The position numbers were made by a program, and so were the translations under genes. Below are positions 46,692 to 57,752 of a stretch of DNA of 64,000 nt, piece by piece; position 1 is the first letter of the stretch; the number at the start of each line of letters is the position of its first letter. The notes beneath the pieces were generated by a model. It searched no databases. It had not been told where the DNA came from and worked only from the letters and a program-made list of their open reading frames with translations. This DNA comes from an uncultured Nitrososphaeraceae archaeon (GTDB taxonomy: Archaea > Thermoproteota > Nitrososphaeria > Nitrososphaerales > Nitrososphaeraceae): positions 1 through 64,000 of the forward strand of contig CAVXZB010000059.1 in assembly GCA_963765895.1 (NCBI GenBank), written 5' to 3'.

Positions 46692-47974
46692 TACAACAAC
46701 TGAAGCAAAAAAAATAATGTCACAAGAATATTTTTTATTAATGTAGTATATAACATTCTTGCTGTCGCAGGTTGGAATATCTACATACAGTTACGCTGTA
46801 GACTAAAGAAATACTCTGTTCCGTTATGTATTATATTTATTTTCCCAGTAGTCTTAGCAAATTTTGTTACCATAGCCAAGGTATTCAGTACAAAACGCAA
46901 TCAGAGATAGAATAGCAGCTACTAATTGAGCCATTAGGCACTTTACATATTATTTCCTCTACAATTTGAATCAAATGTTGAGGCCTAATCAATCTTAATA
47001 GCATCGTTGTGGGCCCATCTTTTAAAGGGTGTAATATTCTCTCTTCTATAGTGTTGCTATTTCTATTAATCAAGATAACAGTTTAAAATCATATTCAATT
47101 GATGTACTTACACAGATTAGTTAAATTTGATTACTTACATGGATTAGACTTATTTGCTTAGTTCTTGTACATACTGCGAGTGTAATTAACCTCTCCAAAG
47201 TGTTCATCGTCATTACCTCCAACTTCTTTTTTATAACATCATCCTAGTCTGTTACTAATAGCAGTTCTAACTATTAGATAGATAGATAATAATGCCTTAT
47301 AGTAACTATAGAAATTTCCTGCAGGAGTTAATAAACATTGTACAGAGCGAGATCAGTTCAATTGAACAATGCAAGTTATATTTTATGTTAATACGTAGGA
47401 GATTTCTTGAAGGTGCAAGAGGCATAACACTAATTCAGGTTTGCACCTAGGAGTATGTTCAAATAGTAGGAAATTTTGATTAAAATAGGGTAGAGCTAAT
47501 CTTAATGATGAAAATTAGACTATAACTGATTTCAGTTGTAAGAGAGGATACAAATTAATAAATACACTTATGCTAGAATGAATTAATTTGGCAGAATTTA
47601 TCAAGTTATAAACGAAGAAGGCCTACTGTTAATAATATTACAAAAGATAAAAGATAAAAGAAAATTAAAGAACTTTTAGCACCTAGAACACTGTCTACGT
47701 ACTAATAGGACAAAAAATGAAATTTTTTTGGTTAGCTCAACAAACACTACTCATGGTGATTTCATTAAGTTCTATGATTTATTTTAATATATTTTACGCC
47801 ATTGTATGCTCTTTACGATTATGTTCTGCAAGCTCTTGAGTAGTATCAAAAGTCATATTGCATTGTCCACATGTTAATGATTTGCTTGTGCTTGTACTGT
47901 CTGGGCCAGGTGGAGATTTTGACGACATACTGTTATAGCTTGCATAATATATTATTTATAAATTCAACATAATT

Positions 47975-48246
47975 TTACAACCGTATATTCCAGGCAATAG
48001 ACTCGTAGACCGCAGAGAGTATGAGTAACATTATTATATTTGCACTTTTGATCTGCTGGAACCTGATCAAGGCTAGATAATATTTTACAATGTCCTTTTC
48101 TTGTATTTTTAGAACACTTTTCAATAGCAGCATGTTTATCGGTATAAGTTTGATGGTTTTGTATGATATATCTTCAGTTCTTGCATCAATATCGTGTTCT
48201 AATGCATCGCAGGCATACGGTAAAGAAGGCAATTCATATTTTTCAT
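47975..48246 (-). pseudogene. sod: Fe/Mn superoxide dismutase N-terminal remnant
   Basis: YELPSLPYACDALEHDIDART matches the SOD N-terminus; then degrades. Confidence 0.65.
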
Positions 48247-48409
48247 ATTATGTTTATTTATATTAAAGAAATTAATGTTATAACTTCTTAAGTCGATTAT
48301 GTCGCTCGTCTGATTACAGGAATTTCAGTATTACTTGAAATCAAGCTGGATAGTCGATAATTGATTTTAATTCAGTTAATTCGGATTTAGTAAAGGAGAA
48401 TTTTATCAA

Positions 48410-49309
48410 TCAATTTTTTAGTCCCGCAAGCATGCGAGTAACCTGATATGTGCTAATCCAGTCTTTTTTTCCCAAGTTGTTTGCAATTGATGTAATAAAC
48501 TTATTTCTGACGGAATCAGCAAATGAAAGAGGAGCATAAATATCTGAGGATGTTTGAAGTATAAGTTGAATATCTTTAAAGGCAGACGATAGATCAAATC
48601 CCACATTATCAAAATCTCTTGTGCGAATTCTGTTTGCATATTGTTTTAATCCAGGATAATCAAAAATCATTTCCAGCAATTCATTCATAAGTTGTAAATC
48701 CACATTACTTTTCTCTCCCAGAACATATACTTGACCAATTACATCAAGAAGTACTAACATAACATAGTTTGCAGCCAATTTTAAGCTATTAGATTTGGCG
48801 TGTTCTTTTCCAGTGTTGATAATCCTTTGACAATAACTATTAAATAATCGATCGCATAACCTGATACTTTTCTGATCGCCGGCTACGAACGTAATGAGCT
48901 TGGCTGCTTTAGCAGCTATAGGATTTCCTAATACGGGAGCGGATAAGTATAAAGAACCGTGTTCATTGTGAATTTTAGCTAATTGGGTAGAAAGAGATGG
49001 AGAAATAGTAGACGTACCAATGTGGATTTTATTTGGTTTCAAGCCAGATAATATTCCTTCTTCGTTTGTAACTACATCTAGTAATGCATGATCATCACTT
49101 AGGCTAGTCAATATAACGTCTGATTTTGCTGCGGCTTCTTTTGGACTAGCTACGCTATTGGCCTCTGCTTCAACTAAGGTATAAGTTTTCTCTATTGTTC
49201 TATTATAAACCACAAGGTTAAATCGTGATTTTAAAATATTTTTTGCTATGGCAGTTCCCATTCGACCAAGACCAATAATGCCGATATTTTGAATAGATTC
49301 TGCTGGCAT
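48410..49309 (-). CDS. NAD(P)-dependent beta-hydroxyacid dehydrogenase (3-hydroxyisobutyrate/6PGD NAD-binding family)
   Basis: IGIIGLGRMG, VYNRT, STISP, APVLG, LKLAAN, KDIQL. Confidence 0.9.
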   Translation of the reverse strand: MPAESIQNIGIIGLGRMGTAIAKNILKSRFNLVVYNRTIEKTYTLVEAEANSVASPKEAAAKSDVILTSLSDDHALLDVVTNEEGILSGLKPNKIHIGTSTISPSLSTQLAKIHNEHGSLYLSAPVLGNPIAAKAAKLITFVAGDQKSIRLCDRLFNSYCQRIINTGKEHAKSNSLKLAANYVMLVLLDVIGQVYVLGEKSNVDLQLMNELLEMIFDYPGLKQYANRIRTRDFDNVGFDLSSAFKDIQLILQTSSDIYAPLSFADSVRNKFITSIANNLGKKDWISTYQVTRMLAGLKN

Positions 49310-49679
49310 TTACTTTATTCATAATTTACTATTCTCTATTTCTAATAATACTTTGCAGCCTTATTAAGGCCAGAAGTCTTTATTAAGATTTGGAATTAGA
49401 AGAATTTTTGTCAGAGTGGATAATTTTTCCTTATGATAGCAACGTGCAAATAGATTTAACCATTTTAATATTTGCTTTAATTTGCAATTTTTTCTTTCTA
49501 ATGAAAAATACTCGACAACTAAATTCTATCCGTTATGTACTATATCGTTATTTCTATGACAATGCGAGTAGGCTAGATCAATAAAGCCTGATACGGTCTT
49601 TTTCATTTTCATATTTTACCATATTTTCATATAACCTTTCAAAACTTCGACATTTTTAATTTTTCTCTGGTGGACGGAG

Positions 49680-50703
49680 TCAAAAATAAGTCAGCACTTT
49701 TTTACTGAATTCCTGAATAAATTTGATTTCATTGGGGCTACTACTAGGGATATATATCCTTGTAAATCCCATCTTAAAATATTCTTCTATTGGTTTAATT
49801 GTGTCTTTAATTGAAGTAATAATCTGTATATATTCCTTAAGCTTTTCATCTGGAACTTCTTCCTTTGCTCTTTGTTCTAATTCCCTTGGATCATTTATAT
49901 CTAAATTGAAAGCATCTTCTATTGCTGTCGCTTGCCAAAATTTTGTGGACTCAAAAGCTTCATCATAGTCCTCTGAAAATGACACTTTGTACTCGGCTAT
50001 CTTTTCTAAAGATCCCAGTTCCCTTTTATTTTCTTTAGCTTCTTTATCAAATACATCAAATATTTCTGCTGCCTTATCTGGTTTTACAACTGTAATTATG
50101 TCATCACTATACTTTGCAGCAGTTTTTTATAGATTCTTCTCCAACAGCAGCCATGTATAGAGGTATATTTTGAGATGGAGGAGAGTACAATTTTGCGTTT
50201 CTAATTTTAAAGTATTTGCCAATGAAGTTCACGAAACCATCACTGCCAAAGCCCTTATTATTGTCTTCTCCATCTTTTTTCCACAATTTTCTTATGATTT
50301 GTATTGCTTCAGTGGTTCTATCTAATCTCACTTTGGCATCAGGCCATTCAAAGCCAAGAGAAACTTCATTCATGGCCTCTCCTGTGCCTATACCAAGACC
50401 TATTCTTTTAGGGTAAAGTATATCAAGCGATGCAAATGCCTGAGCTATTACTGCTGGATTATAGCGATAAACTGCAGCAGTTACTCCTGTTACGAACTGT
50501 ATTTTTTGTTCTCTCGGCTGCAGCAGCTATCCAAATCCAAGTAAAATTTCCATAACCATTATCATGCCATCATGGATGAAAGTGATCACTAGTCATCGCA
50601 GTAGTGAACCCGCATCTTTCTGCTTCCTTTACAATTCAAATAAATTAGCCATAGAATATTGTTCTTGGGCAACCCAGTAGCCAAGTGTGTTGTTACGCGT
50701 CAT
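49680..50703 (-). pseudogene. F420-dependent LLM oxidoreductase (G6PDH-related family), frameshifted
   Basis: GYWVAQEQY, TSDHFHPWW, YNPAVIAQAFASL, GLGIGTGEAMNE; several shifts. Confidence 0.85.
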
Positions 50704-50926
50704 ATTCTTGCCTCTTACCTAAATTCATAACTTACTATTTTGTTGCCCGTCTCATCTGTTTTAGATATATCCTCATGCAAAAGCTTTCTTATTGATGAAA
50801 ACATTTCATAACGTCAGTATACCATAAATTATTTAATAATTACATGGAGTATTATAATTATTATGTTCCTGTAATTAGTGACTTTAAGAGCTCTATTCTG
50901 ATTATATTCCAGCAGTATAAGTTATA

Positions 50927-51060
50927 ATGTCTCAAATTAGTAAAATGTCACTACATGGTAGCAAAGAAAAAGTTGAACAAAAACTATGTGAGTCCATTGC
51001 TTTAGAAATGTCTGTACAAAAATCAGTCCAAGAATTATTCGAGGCTATTAGGTGAACTAA
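50927..51060 (+). pseudogene. N-terminal remnant resembling thaumarchaeal ferritin-like proteins
   Basis: KEKVEQKLCESIALEMSVQKSVQEL; recognised from memory only. Confidence 0.3.
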
Positions 51061-51304
51061 ATGGAGTAGCTAGGTTACCTATGCTTAATGGAGTAATATT
51101 GATCTGGCCTTGGAGATGTAGTATTTGCTATTTATCAATGTTATTTAGACTCGTTATTTAGCCCTTGGTATTGTAAGTACCTGCAAAGAAAATACCTGGT
51201 TAACACAAGAATCTATCTTAAATTGTACACACATCGTAGATGAATTCATGATTCATTTTATAATATCATGTTGTAAACGCATCTGAAATTATAGATGTAT
51301 TCTG

Positions 51305-51356
51305 ACATTATTACTAACATTATTACTAACATTATTACTAACATTATTACTAACAT
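51305..51356. repeat. tandem repeat (ACATTATTACTA)4
   Basis: Four perfect 12-bp units plus a partial unit, intergenic. Confidence 0.92.
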
Positions 51357-51616
51357 ACAATATTAGGTAGTCATTGGTTGGTGAAAATTAATTTAAGTTG
51401 AGTTAGCATCTTTATTCCGGTTTCCATCTTATAACGAACTTCATTTGAACAGATATTTTATTAAATTCGATTATTATAACTACAATATACAATAAAACGA
51501 TGATTAATAATAATTACATAAATTGTAGATGATTACATGAGATTCTGGGTTATAGTTACTTTTTTAGGTATGTATCTTTTCCCTACTGTTATATATTAGA
51601 AGAGGGAAAAATATGC

Positions 51617-52042
51617 ATGGATATATCGAAAAAGGATTCTCATTCAGATCAAGAGTTAATGAAAATATATGATTTGAGAAATATTGCAGTCGTTGGAATG
51701 TCCAATAAAGAAGGAAAACCTGGTTACTTTGTACCTAAATACCTAATTGAACGTGGATATAATGTGATTCCAGTAAATCCTACTTTAAAGGAAGTACTTG
51801 GAAAAACATCATATCCAGACATTGCCTCTATACCAACTAAAATAGACATCATTGATATATTTAGGAAATCCGAAGATGTACCTCCAGTCGTAGAGGATGC
51901 TTTGAAGAAAAAAGGCGTGAAAATCATATGGATGCAAGAAGGCATATACAACGAAGATGCCGAAAAAATGGCTAAGGAAAATGGGTTGGACGTTTTATTT
52001 AATAGATGTATGATGGCAGAACATAGGAGACTATTTAAATGA
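51617..52042 (+). CDS. CoA-binding protein (YccU-like)
   Basis: IAVVGMS, GYNVIPVNP, IDIFR, IWMQEGI, NRCMMAEH. Confidence 0.92.
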   Translation: MDISKKDSHSDQELMKIYDLRNIAVVGMSNKEGKPGYFVPKYLIERGYNVIPVNPTLKEVLGKTSYPDIASIPTKIDIIDIFRKSEDVPPVVEDALKKKGVKIIWMQEGIYNEDAEKMAKENGLDVLFNRCMMAEHRRLFK

Positions 52043-52678
52043 ATAAATTATGGTGTAATTATTTTTATAATAACAAACTGCGGCATCATCTTACCTCCAA
52101 TACGTTAACCTATTATATTACGATATTGTCAATAGTATCATTAAAAGTAGTTTGATTCATGTGATAGATATGTATTTCTGAGTTTAAAAGTAATTAAACA
52201 TTGTAACAAATAAATACCTTTCCACAGCAATTACACTTACATAGGTTTAAGGTAGTTTTAACATTAACTCAAGATTAATGCTCAGATTATCACAATTCTC
52301 CAAATAATTGGAGTTATTGCGAATGTAGTTCTTTACCTTCATCAACTGTTGTAGTATCTGTATGTCTATGCACCTATATGTCTATCCTGTGTATACACCA
52401 GTCTATAAAATTGTCATCCCATCGAGGCACCACACAGATACCCGTTGATAACACAGAAGAAGAAATGTGACTACGTTTAGATCACGACTGTCATTTCACA
52501 CATAATCTAACACTTATTCTGATACCTAGAATCCAATGAATGTAGTCCAAATATAATATTTGTCTACTATCTCATTTGCATGATCAGATTAGGAGGAATT
52601 TCCATATTTATGATGAGTTAACATAGTTAAACCAGTTTTATTAACCATTGATGAAAATCTATTGTAGCACGTAATAAG

Positions 52679-53029
52679 ATGCCTTCTCTACCAGGCCTTG
52701 GAACGAAACCTATAAACCATCTATCAACATCACATTGTTATAGGGATAGAATTTATATTATTAAGGACGTCATTCTATCTTTAGTAGAATATGGACATCT
52801 TAACCAAACATCTTTGATTCGTTTCTGTGGTTTAAATCTAAAAAAGCACAGATCAATATTAGATGAGCTAGAATCAAATGCATTCATTAGCAGAAGTGAA
52901 TACTTAATAGGGCATAGAACTATGACAATTTATAAGCCAACACAAAAAGGAATCGTATTTTGCAATAAGATAATTGTTCCATATGAAAAAGTGTTTCCAA
53001 GGGATAAAAAGCAGCTCTCTGAGATCTAA
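52679..53029 (+). CDS. winged helix-turn-helix protein
   Basis: YRDRIYIIKDVI...LNQTSLIRFCGLN...YKPTQKG archaeal wHTH pattern. Confidence 0.8.
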   Translation: MPSLPGLGTKPINHLSTSHCYRDRIYIIKDVILSLVEYGHLNQTSLIRFCGLNLKKHRSILDELESNAFISRSEYLIGHRTMTIYKPTQKGIVFCNKIIVPYEKVFPRDKKQLSEI

Positions 53030-53289
53030 GGGAACCGTGGAATCAGGAGATGGTCAAGTCAGAGAGAACAAAAATAAAAGTCATAGGATTATCACTACGA
53101 TCTCATAGGAACAACAAAGTATTGGTCACATTAATAGACCGTAGAGTATCTTGTCTTCCAGAGGACAAATCAGATATAGATTATAGTTATAAAAGATTAA
53201 TTTAGTGTAGATTATATTTTAGTAACGCTATATACAGAGAATAGAGCCGATTAGCAACTTCAACAACTAATACTATAAAATTATATTGG

Positions 53290-53733
53290 TTATGTCTCGA
53301 TACCATATTCTTCTGCGATTTTTCTATCTGCTTCTTCCCTCTCTCTTTGAAATTCTCTATACCCTTTAGTCCATTTTACTACTATTGAACGGCATTGCCT
53401 TATCCCTGCAATAATCATTGTAATAGAAATAACGATTAGCAGAACCAATAGTATTCCAAGTACGACACCAAATTCATTCTCAATTTCAAGAACTGCGAAA
53501 AATGTCGGGTGTGATATTAAAAAGAGCGAAAGGCCTATTGCAAGTGGGGCAAGAATTAGTGCAGAAACAGAAATATAAAGTAACGTTCTTCTTATCTTTA
53601 GAATTTGGAACATAACATCATCCATTGATGTGACGATATCTAATCTAGACTGCTCTGTTCTAGTTATAGCAGAGTTAGAAATAGAGACACTATCCTTATT
53701 ATCGTGGTCATCTTGATCTTTAGCAGGATTCAT
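53290..53733 (-). CDS. two-TM membrane hypothetical protein
   Basis: Two hydrophobic segments and a charged C-terminus. Confidence 0.7.
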   Translation of the reverse strand: MNPAKDQDDHDNKDSVSISNSAITRTEQSRLDIVTSMDDVMFQILKIRRTLLYISVSALILAPLAIGLSLFLISHPTFFAVLEIENEFGVVLGILLVLLIVISITMIIAGIRQCRSIVVKWTKGYREFQREREEADRKIAEEYGIET

Positions 53734-53874
53734 CTATCTAAGTACAATGAATAAATAAGATTCATTATTTATTTGATGATTAACTTTGTTAACCTATTAA
53801 ATATGAGCATTAAGTAACAATGTGAATTTACATAGATTAGCATACTTTAAGACCGTATTCGTAATATTATTGAT

Positions 53875-54126
53875 ATGAGGGAAAAGAAAGGTAATGCGAT
53901 ATGGCATTTCCCTGGTATTAATGCCAATTTTATTGATTCTGGACTGATCATGAAGGACACAATGGTACTTGAACATGACTTTACACATACGAATCTTATA
54001 GTAACGGCAAGTTGGATAATTCAGTGCATAACCTGTAAAATCTATTTCTGTAAATTATGCGGCATAGTATTAAATAATTTTCATGATTTTAAAAATCATG
54101 TATGTAGGGTCGGCTATATATCATGA
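53875..54126 (+). CDS. small Cys/His-rich (zinc-binding) protein
   Basis: HDF...CITCKIYFCKLCG...HVC; start uncertain. Confidence 0.5.
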   Translation: MREKKGNAIWHFPGINANFIDSGLIMKDTMVLEHDFTHTNLIVTASWIIQCITCKIYFCKLCGIVLNNFHDFKNHVCRVGYIS

Positions 54127-54424
54127 TTTTTCTTCTCTGATGAATGGATATTATGTAATATCCTAGAATAATATTAATTAAGAGAATTATATTATGACCA
54201 TCCTTCTATACTTAACACTAGTATATTACCAAATTTGGATAAATAATTTAGAAATATCCATTTGTTTGTTATATAAAATATCATCCTAACAAATGTGCAC
54301 ACAAATGCTTTCATCGCCGTTGAGACTCATCTAATCTAACTAACCTAGAATTGCTCGTTTTGAGTTAGCGGCGATGCTTTAAGTTGACTGGGCTGAGATT
54401 GACTGATAGTGGGACATCTTAATT

Positions 54425-54592
54425 CTATGTTTTCTCATCTTTAAGTAACTTGTAAATTCTCTCAATAAATAAATCAAACTCGGTATTGTCTTCACGATTT
54501 GTATGCCTTCTTTCTGACAAATACCAACTTAAGCTAGCATAAATCCACTCTAATTCTTTCTTTGAGACTTGGATGCTAATCATTCTTTTCAT
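54425..54592 (-). CDS. small hypothetical protein (55 aa)
   Basis: Manual ORF MKRMISIQVSKKELEWIYASLSWYLSERR...IYKLLKDEKT*, below the ORF-track cutoff. Confidence 0.45.
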   Translation of the reverse strand: MKRMISIQVSKKELEWIYASLSWYLSERRHTNREDNTEFDLFIERIYKLLKDEKT

Positions 54593-54999
54593 AGCACACT
54601 CCTATCACTAGTAGTTGTACCTATCATATAGATCTGCTTAAAGGATTAGTAACGAAGTTCAATGTCGCTATCCCCAAATGAGACTGCAATTCCCAGTATA
54701 ATTGGGCTCTAGTAATGTTTTGTTCATCTTAAAATGAGGTATTATTCATATATAAAATAACTTCTTAGTATTATTTCTAGAAGAGTTTTCTACACTATTT
54801 TTTTTGAAACAGGTTTTTATCTCATTCTAGATGAGAATAAAAATAAAGTCAATGGTATGATTTTTTCTTTTCATCACTTTACAGAAAGAAAGAAATTTTC
54901 ATCAAAGGATGGTTAAAGTATTGTTGAGATCCATTCCGTAAGTAACTAAGTTTACCGCCCTATAAAGATCAGATTACAAGAATGGCAAATATTTATAAG

Positions 55000-55260
55000 A
55001 AAATCTACATTCAGTTTGCTCGTAAGATAGGTATGAACGTCATTACTATCACGCAAGGAAATGATAGACAGGGTTAGCAAAAGAACTTGGTGCCAGGTTT
55101 TACTTTGATAGTCAGCCCAGAATGCTGTTAAAGAACTTGGTAATCTGGGGGGCCCTAAGGTTATTCTTGCAAATCTGCTGGGGAAAAGCAACGAGTACCA
55201 TGTAATTGTTAGGTTTGGTATAAGTGATAAACTCATCAAATAATGCTTCGGATGAACTTC
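55000..55260 (+). pseudogene. zinc-binding alcohol dehydrogenase internal remnant
   Basis: AKELGARFYFDSQ/NAVKELGNLGGPKVILA across a frameshift. Confidence 0.5.
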
Positions 55261-55323
55261 TTGAGATATCTCAAACTTACAAACAGATCAATCAGAGTAA
55301 AAATATTATATGAAAGAAGTTTA

Positions 55324-56877
55324 TTACTTATTGACTGGAACTATTCTGTATATTGTTCCTTGTTTTTCGTCAAACGTTAATACATATAGGTAGCCATCAT
55401 AAGGGCTTACCTTAAGATCTGTAATACCACCAAAGCCTTTTCCAAATATTATTTGATCAAAAGAATCAGAACTGTTTGCAACCCCATCTGCAAGTTGACC
55501 GGTCGGGAGTAGTAATCGTTTCCTTTGGAGGTCTAGTTTGAAGTGATAAATATTTCCATTTTTCGCATCAGCAACAAACATATCATTTTCATATAGATTT
55601 CCCATCTTGTTAGAATTAAGGAATGTAATCCCGGTCGGAACGACTTTCCGAAACCAAGTAAATTGGGGTGGATGATATTTTCCTTTCCCACCAAAATTGA
55701 CCAAGTCATTTGGATGAAGAGATGCAACATGCTGCTTTTCAGTTTGATCTATATTAAATCCATGTAGCCATATGCCATCAATACGATTGTAGCCACTGTT
55801 AAATCCAGGGAAAACCAAATTGATTTCATCACCAAATGGTAAACCAATTTGTGTATCCCAGAGAATTCTTGTTATAGGATCGAAAGCAAGTCCAAAACTA
55901 TTCCATATCCCGTAGGAATAGTAAAGATTTAATGGAAATTTATTTCCTAAAATGCCAGGTAATATTGGCTGACCATTTTGAGTAACTCTGAGTATCCCGC
56001 TAGTTCCATCAGGTTCACTTCCATTTTGGATATTCTGTGCTTTAGTATTATGTCCATTAATTCCAACGTCACCTATGGTAACATATACATTATTATCAGG
56101 CCCGATAATCACCTTACCGCCATCACCGATAGCCCCCGGAGTTGCTGGAAGATCTAACAATAATTTTGGATTTACTAACTTATTACCGATCAATTCATAT
56201 CTATATAGTCGGTTACCCAATGGCTGTTTTCCTTCGGTAATATCATCACTGGTATGAATCTGGCCTTGAGTATAGTATAGGAAAACATTAGCTATAGTAG
56301 TAGTCTTATTATGATGACTATTAGGATCTCTGGGGGCTGTAGTGATAGAAGAATGAGGAGCAATTGTGATACCTAACATACCTCTATGACCATACGTGGC
56401 AACACTTACATTAAGTAAAGGTTGTTGCAGTTCGGTACCATCTACAATTCTTCTTACTATGCCTTCATCTTTCTCTGTGACTAAAATATCGTTAGGGCCT
56501 AAAAAGGCCATGCTGGTTGGATATCCTAATCCTCTGAAAACCACTTGTGTCTTTAGCTTGGGATTAAGTATTGTTGGTCCTTTAGGAAATGGGAGAGCAA
56601 CTTCGGGATATTTTGATGCTATTGGTTTGGCAAAAGCACTATGATTAATTTGTAGTATAAACTGTAGAAATTTATTTGATGTAGATGTAGATGTAGAAGT
56701 CAGAATGATTAAGATTGTAACCAAAATTATACTCGCTACGCATAACGACAATAGCGACATGAAATGTGGCATTATGAACTCATAGAATATACCAAGGTAG
56801 TTTCCTATATCTATTGAGTTGGCAATATGTATAGAAAGTAGGACCTTGGAGTGCCGCAACACCGTCTTCTCCACCAT
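55324..56877 (-). CDS. PQQ-dependent sugar (glucose/sorbosone) dehydrogenase, membrane-anchored
   Basis: YPTSMAFLG, HRGMLGI, LLDLPATPG, YSYGIWNSFG, DEINLV, GFGGITDL; true start probably near 56760-56775. Confidence 0.9.
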   Translation of the reverse strand: MVEKTVLRHSKVLLSIHIANSIDIGNYLGIFYEFIMPHFMSLLSLCVASIILVTILIILTSTSTSTSNKFLQFILQINHSAFAKPIASKYPEVALPFPKGPTILNPKLKTQVVFRGLGYPTSMAFLGPNDILVTEKDEGIVRRIVDGTELQQPLLNVSVATYGHRGMLGITIAPHSSITTAPRDPNSHHNKTTTIANVFLYYTQGQIHTSDDITEGKQPLGNRLYRYELIGNKLVNPKLLLDLPATPGAIGDGGKVIIGPDNNVYVTIGDVGINGHNTKAQNIQNGSEPDGTSGILRVTQNGQPILPGILGNKFPLNLYYSYGIWNSFGLAFDPITRILWDTQIGLPFGDEINLVFPGFNSGYNRIDGIWLHGFNIDQTEKQHVASLHPNDLVNFGGKGKYHPPQFTWFRKVVPTGITFLNSNKMGNLYENDMFVADAKNGNIYHFKLDLQRKRLLLPTGQLADGVANSSDSFDQIIFGKGFGGITDLKVSPYDGYLYVLTFDEKQGTIYRIVPVNK

Positions 56878-57752
56878 TGATGCCCTTGGTATTTTATAGC
56901 ATTATTTAATAGGTTGGAAATAACTCGCGTGAATCCTTCTCTATCTACCCCTCAACTATAATATCTTCCTTGTTATTGTCATATATCTATATCCATAACA
57001 ATTGGCTGTTGTAACATCCACTATAGAACGAGCTATAAGAATTGTATGTCCTTGTTGCGAATCAAAGTCTGAATAAAGCCGACTTATCAAAACATATAGA
57101 TAGAATACACCTAGGAGGTGGACTTCTTGGTTGAGATATGGGAGAGTAGTAACAGCTTTATTATGAGAATTAAGAATAATGAGTTTTTTATTATCTCCCA
57201 CAGTGGTCAGATAAATGTACTATTGTTAATGTCCATGTGTCTATATTTATGCTAAATGTGTAACTGAAGTCTCATTTGTTACTAGTAGATGGTTACTTGT
57301 AATCTATGAGATATTCATGTGACATAGAATGATCGAAGTGTTACCGAATGTAATATAATTAAATAACTTTTTCAGGCAATATTAATGTATTAAAGCAAGG
57401 AGATCAAGTTACTTTCACAACTTATCTAACTCCTTTCATAAATACCATGATATTCAGTTGTGTGCACCTGATGGCATTAAACATGAGACCTGAAACTGTG
57501 CTTAGCATAACTAGCAAAGGGAAGAATTTATTTAAGTCCAGGACATTATGGAATCACATATTCTAGACCTTTTAAAAATATTATTATTATTATAATATAC
57601 ATTGAAGCGCTACTGATACAACAAAATAGTTTCGAGTAATAATACAATTTGAGGTAGCTTGCTAATATAAAATAACATATAATAAGCGTAAGAAGTACAA
57701 GCCAATTCAAAGATCACATTGGGACCTATGATAGAATTATGGTTTACTCAAA

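Noticed and set aside
51305-51356. 12-bp tandem repeat as a functional array
   Set aside because: Simple AT-rich slippage repeat without spacers or associated genes.
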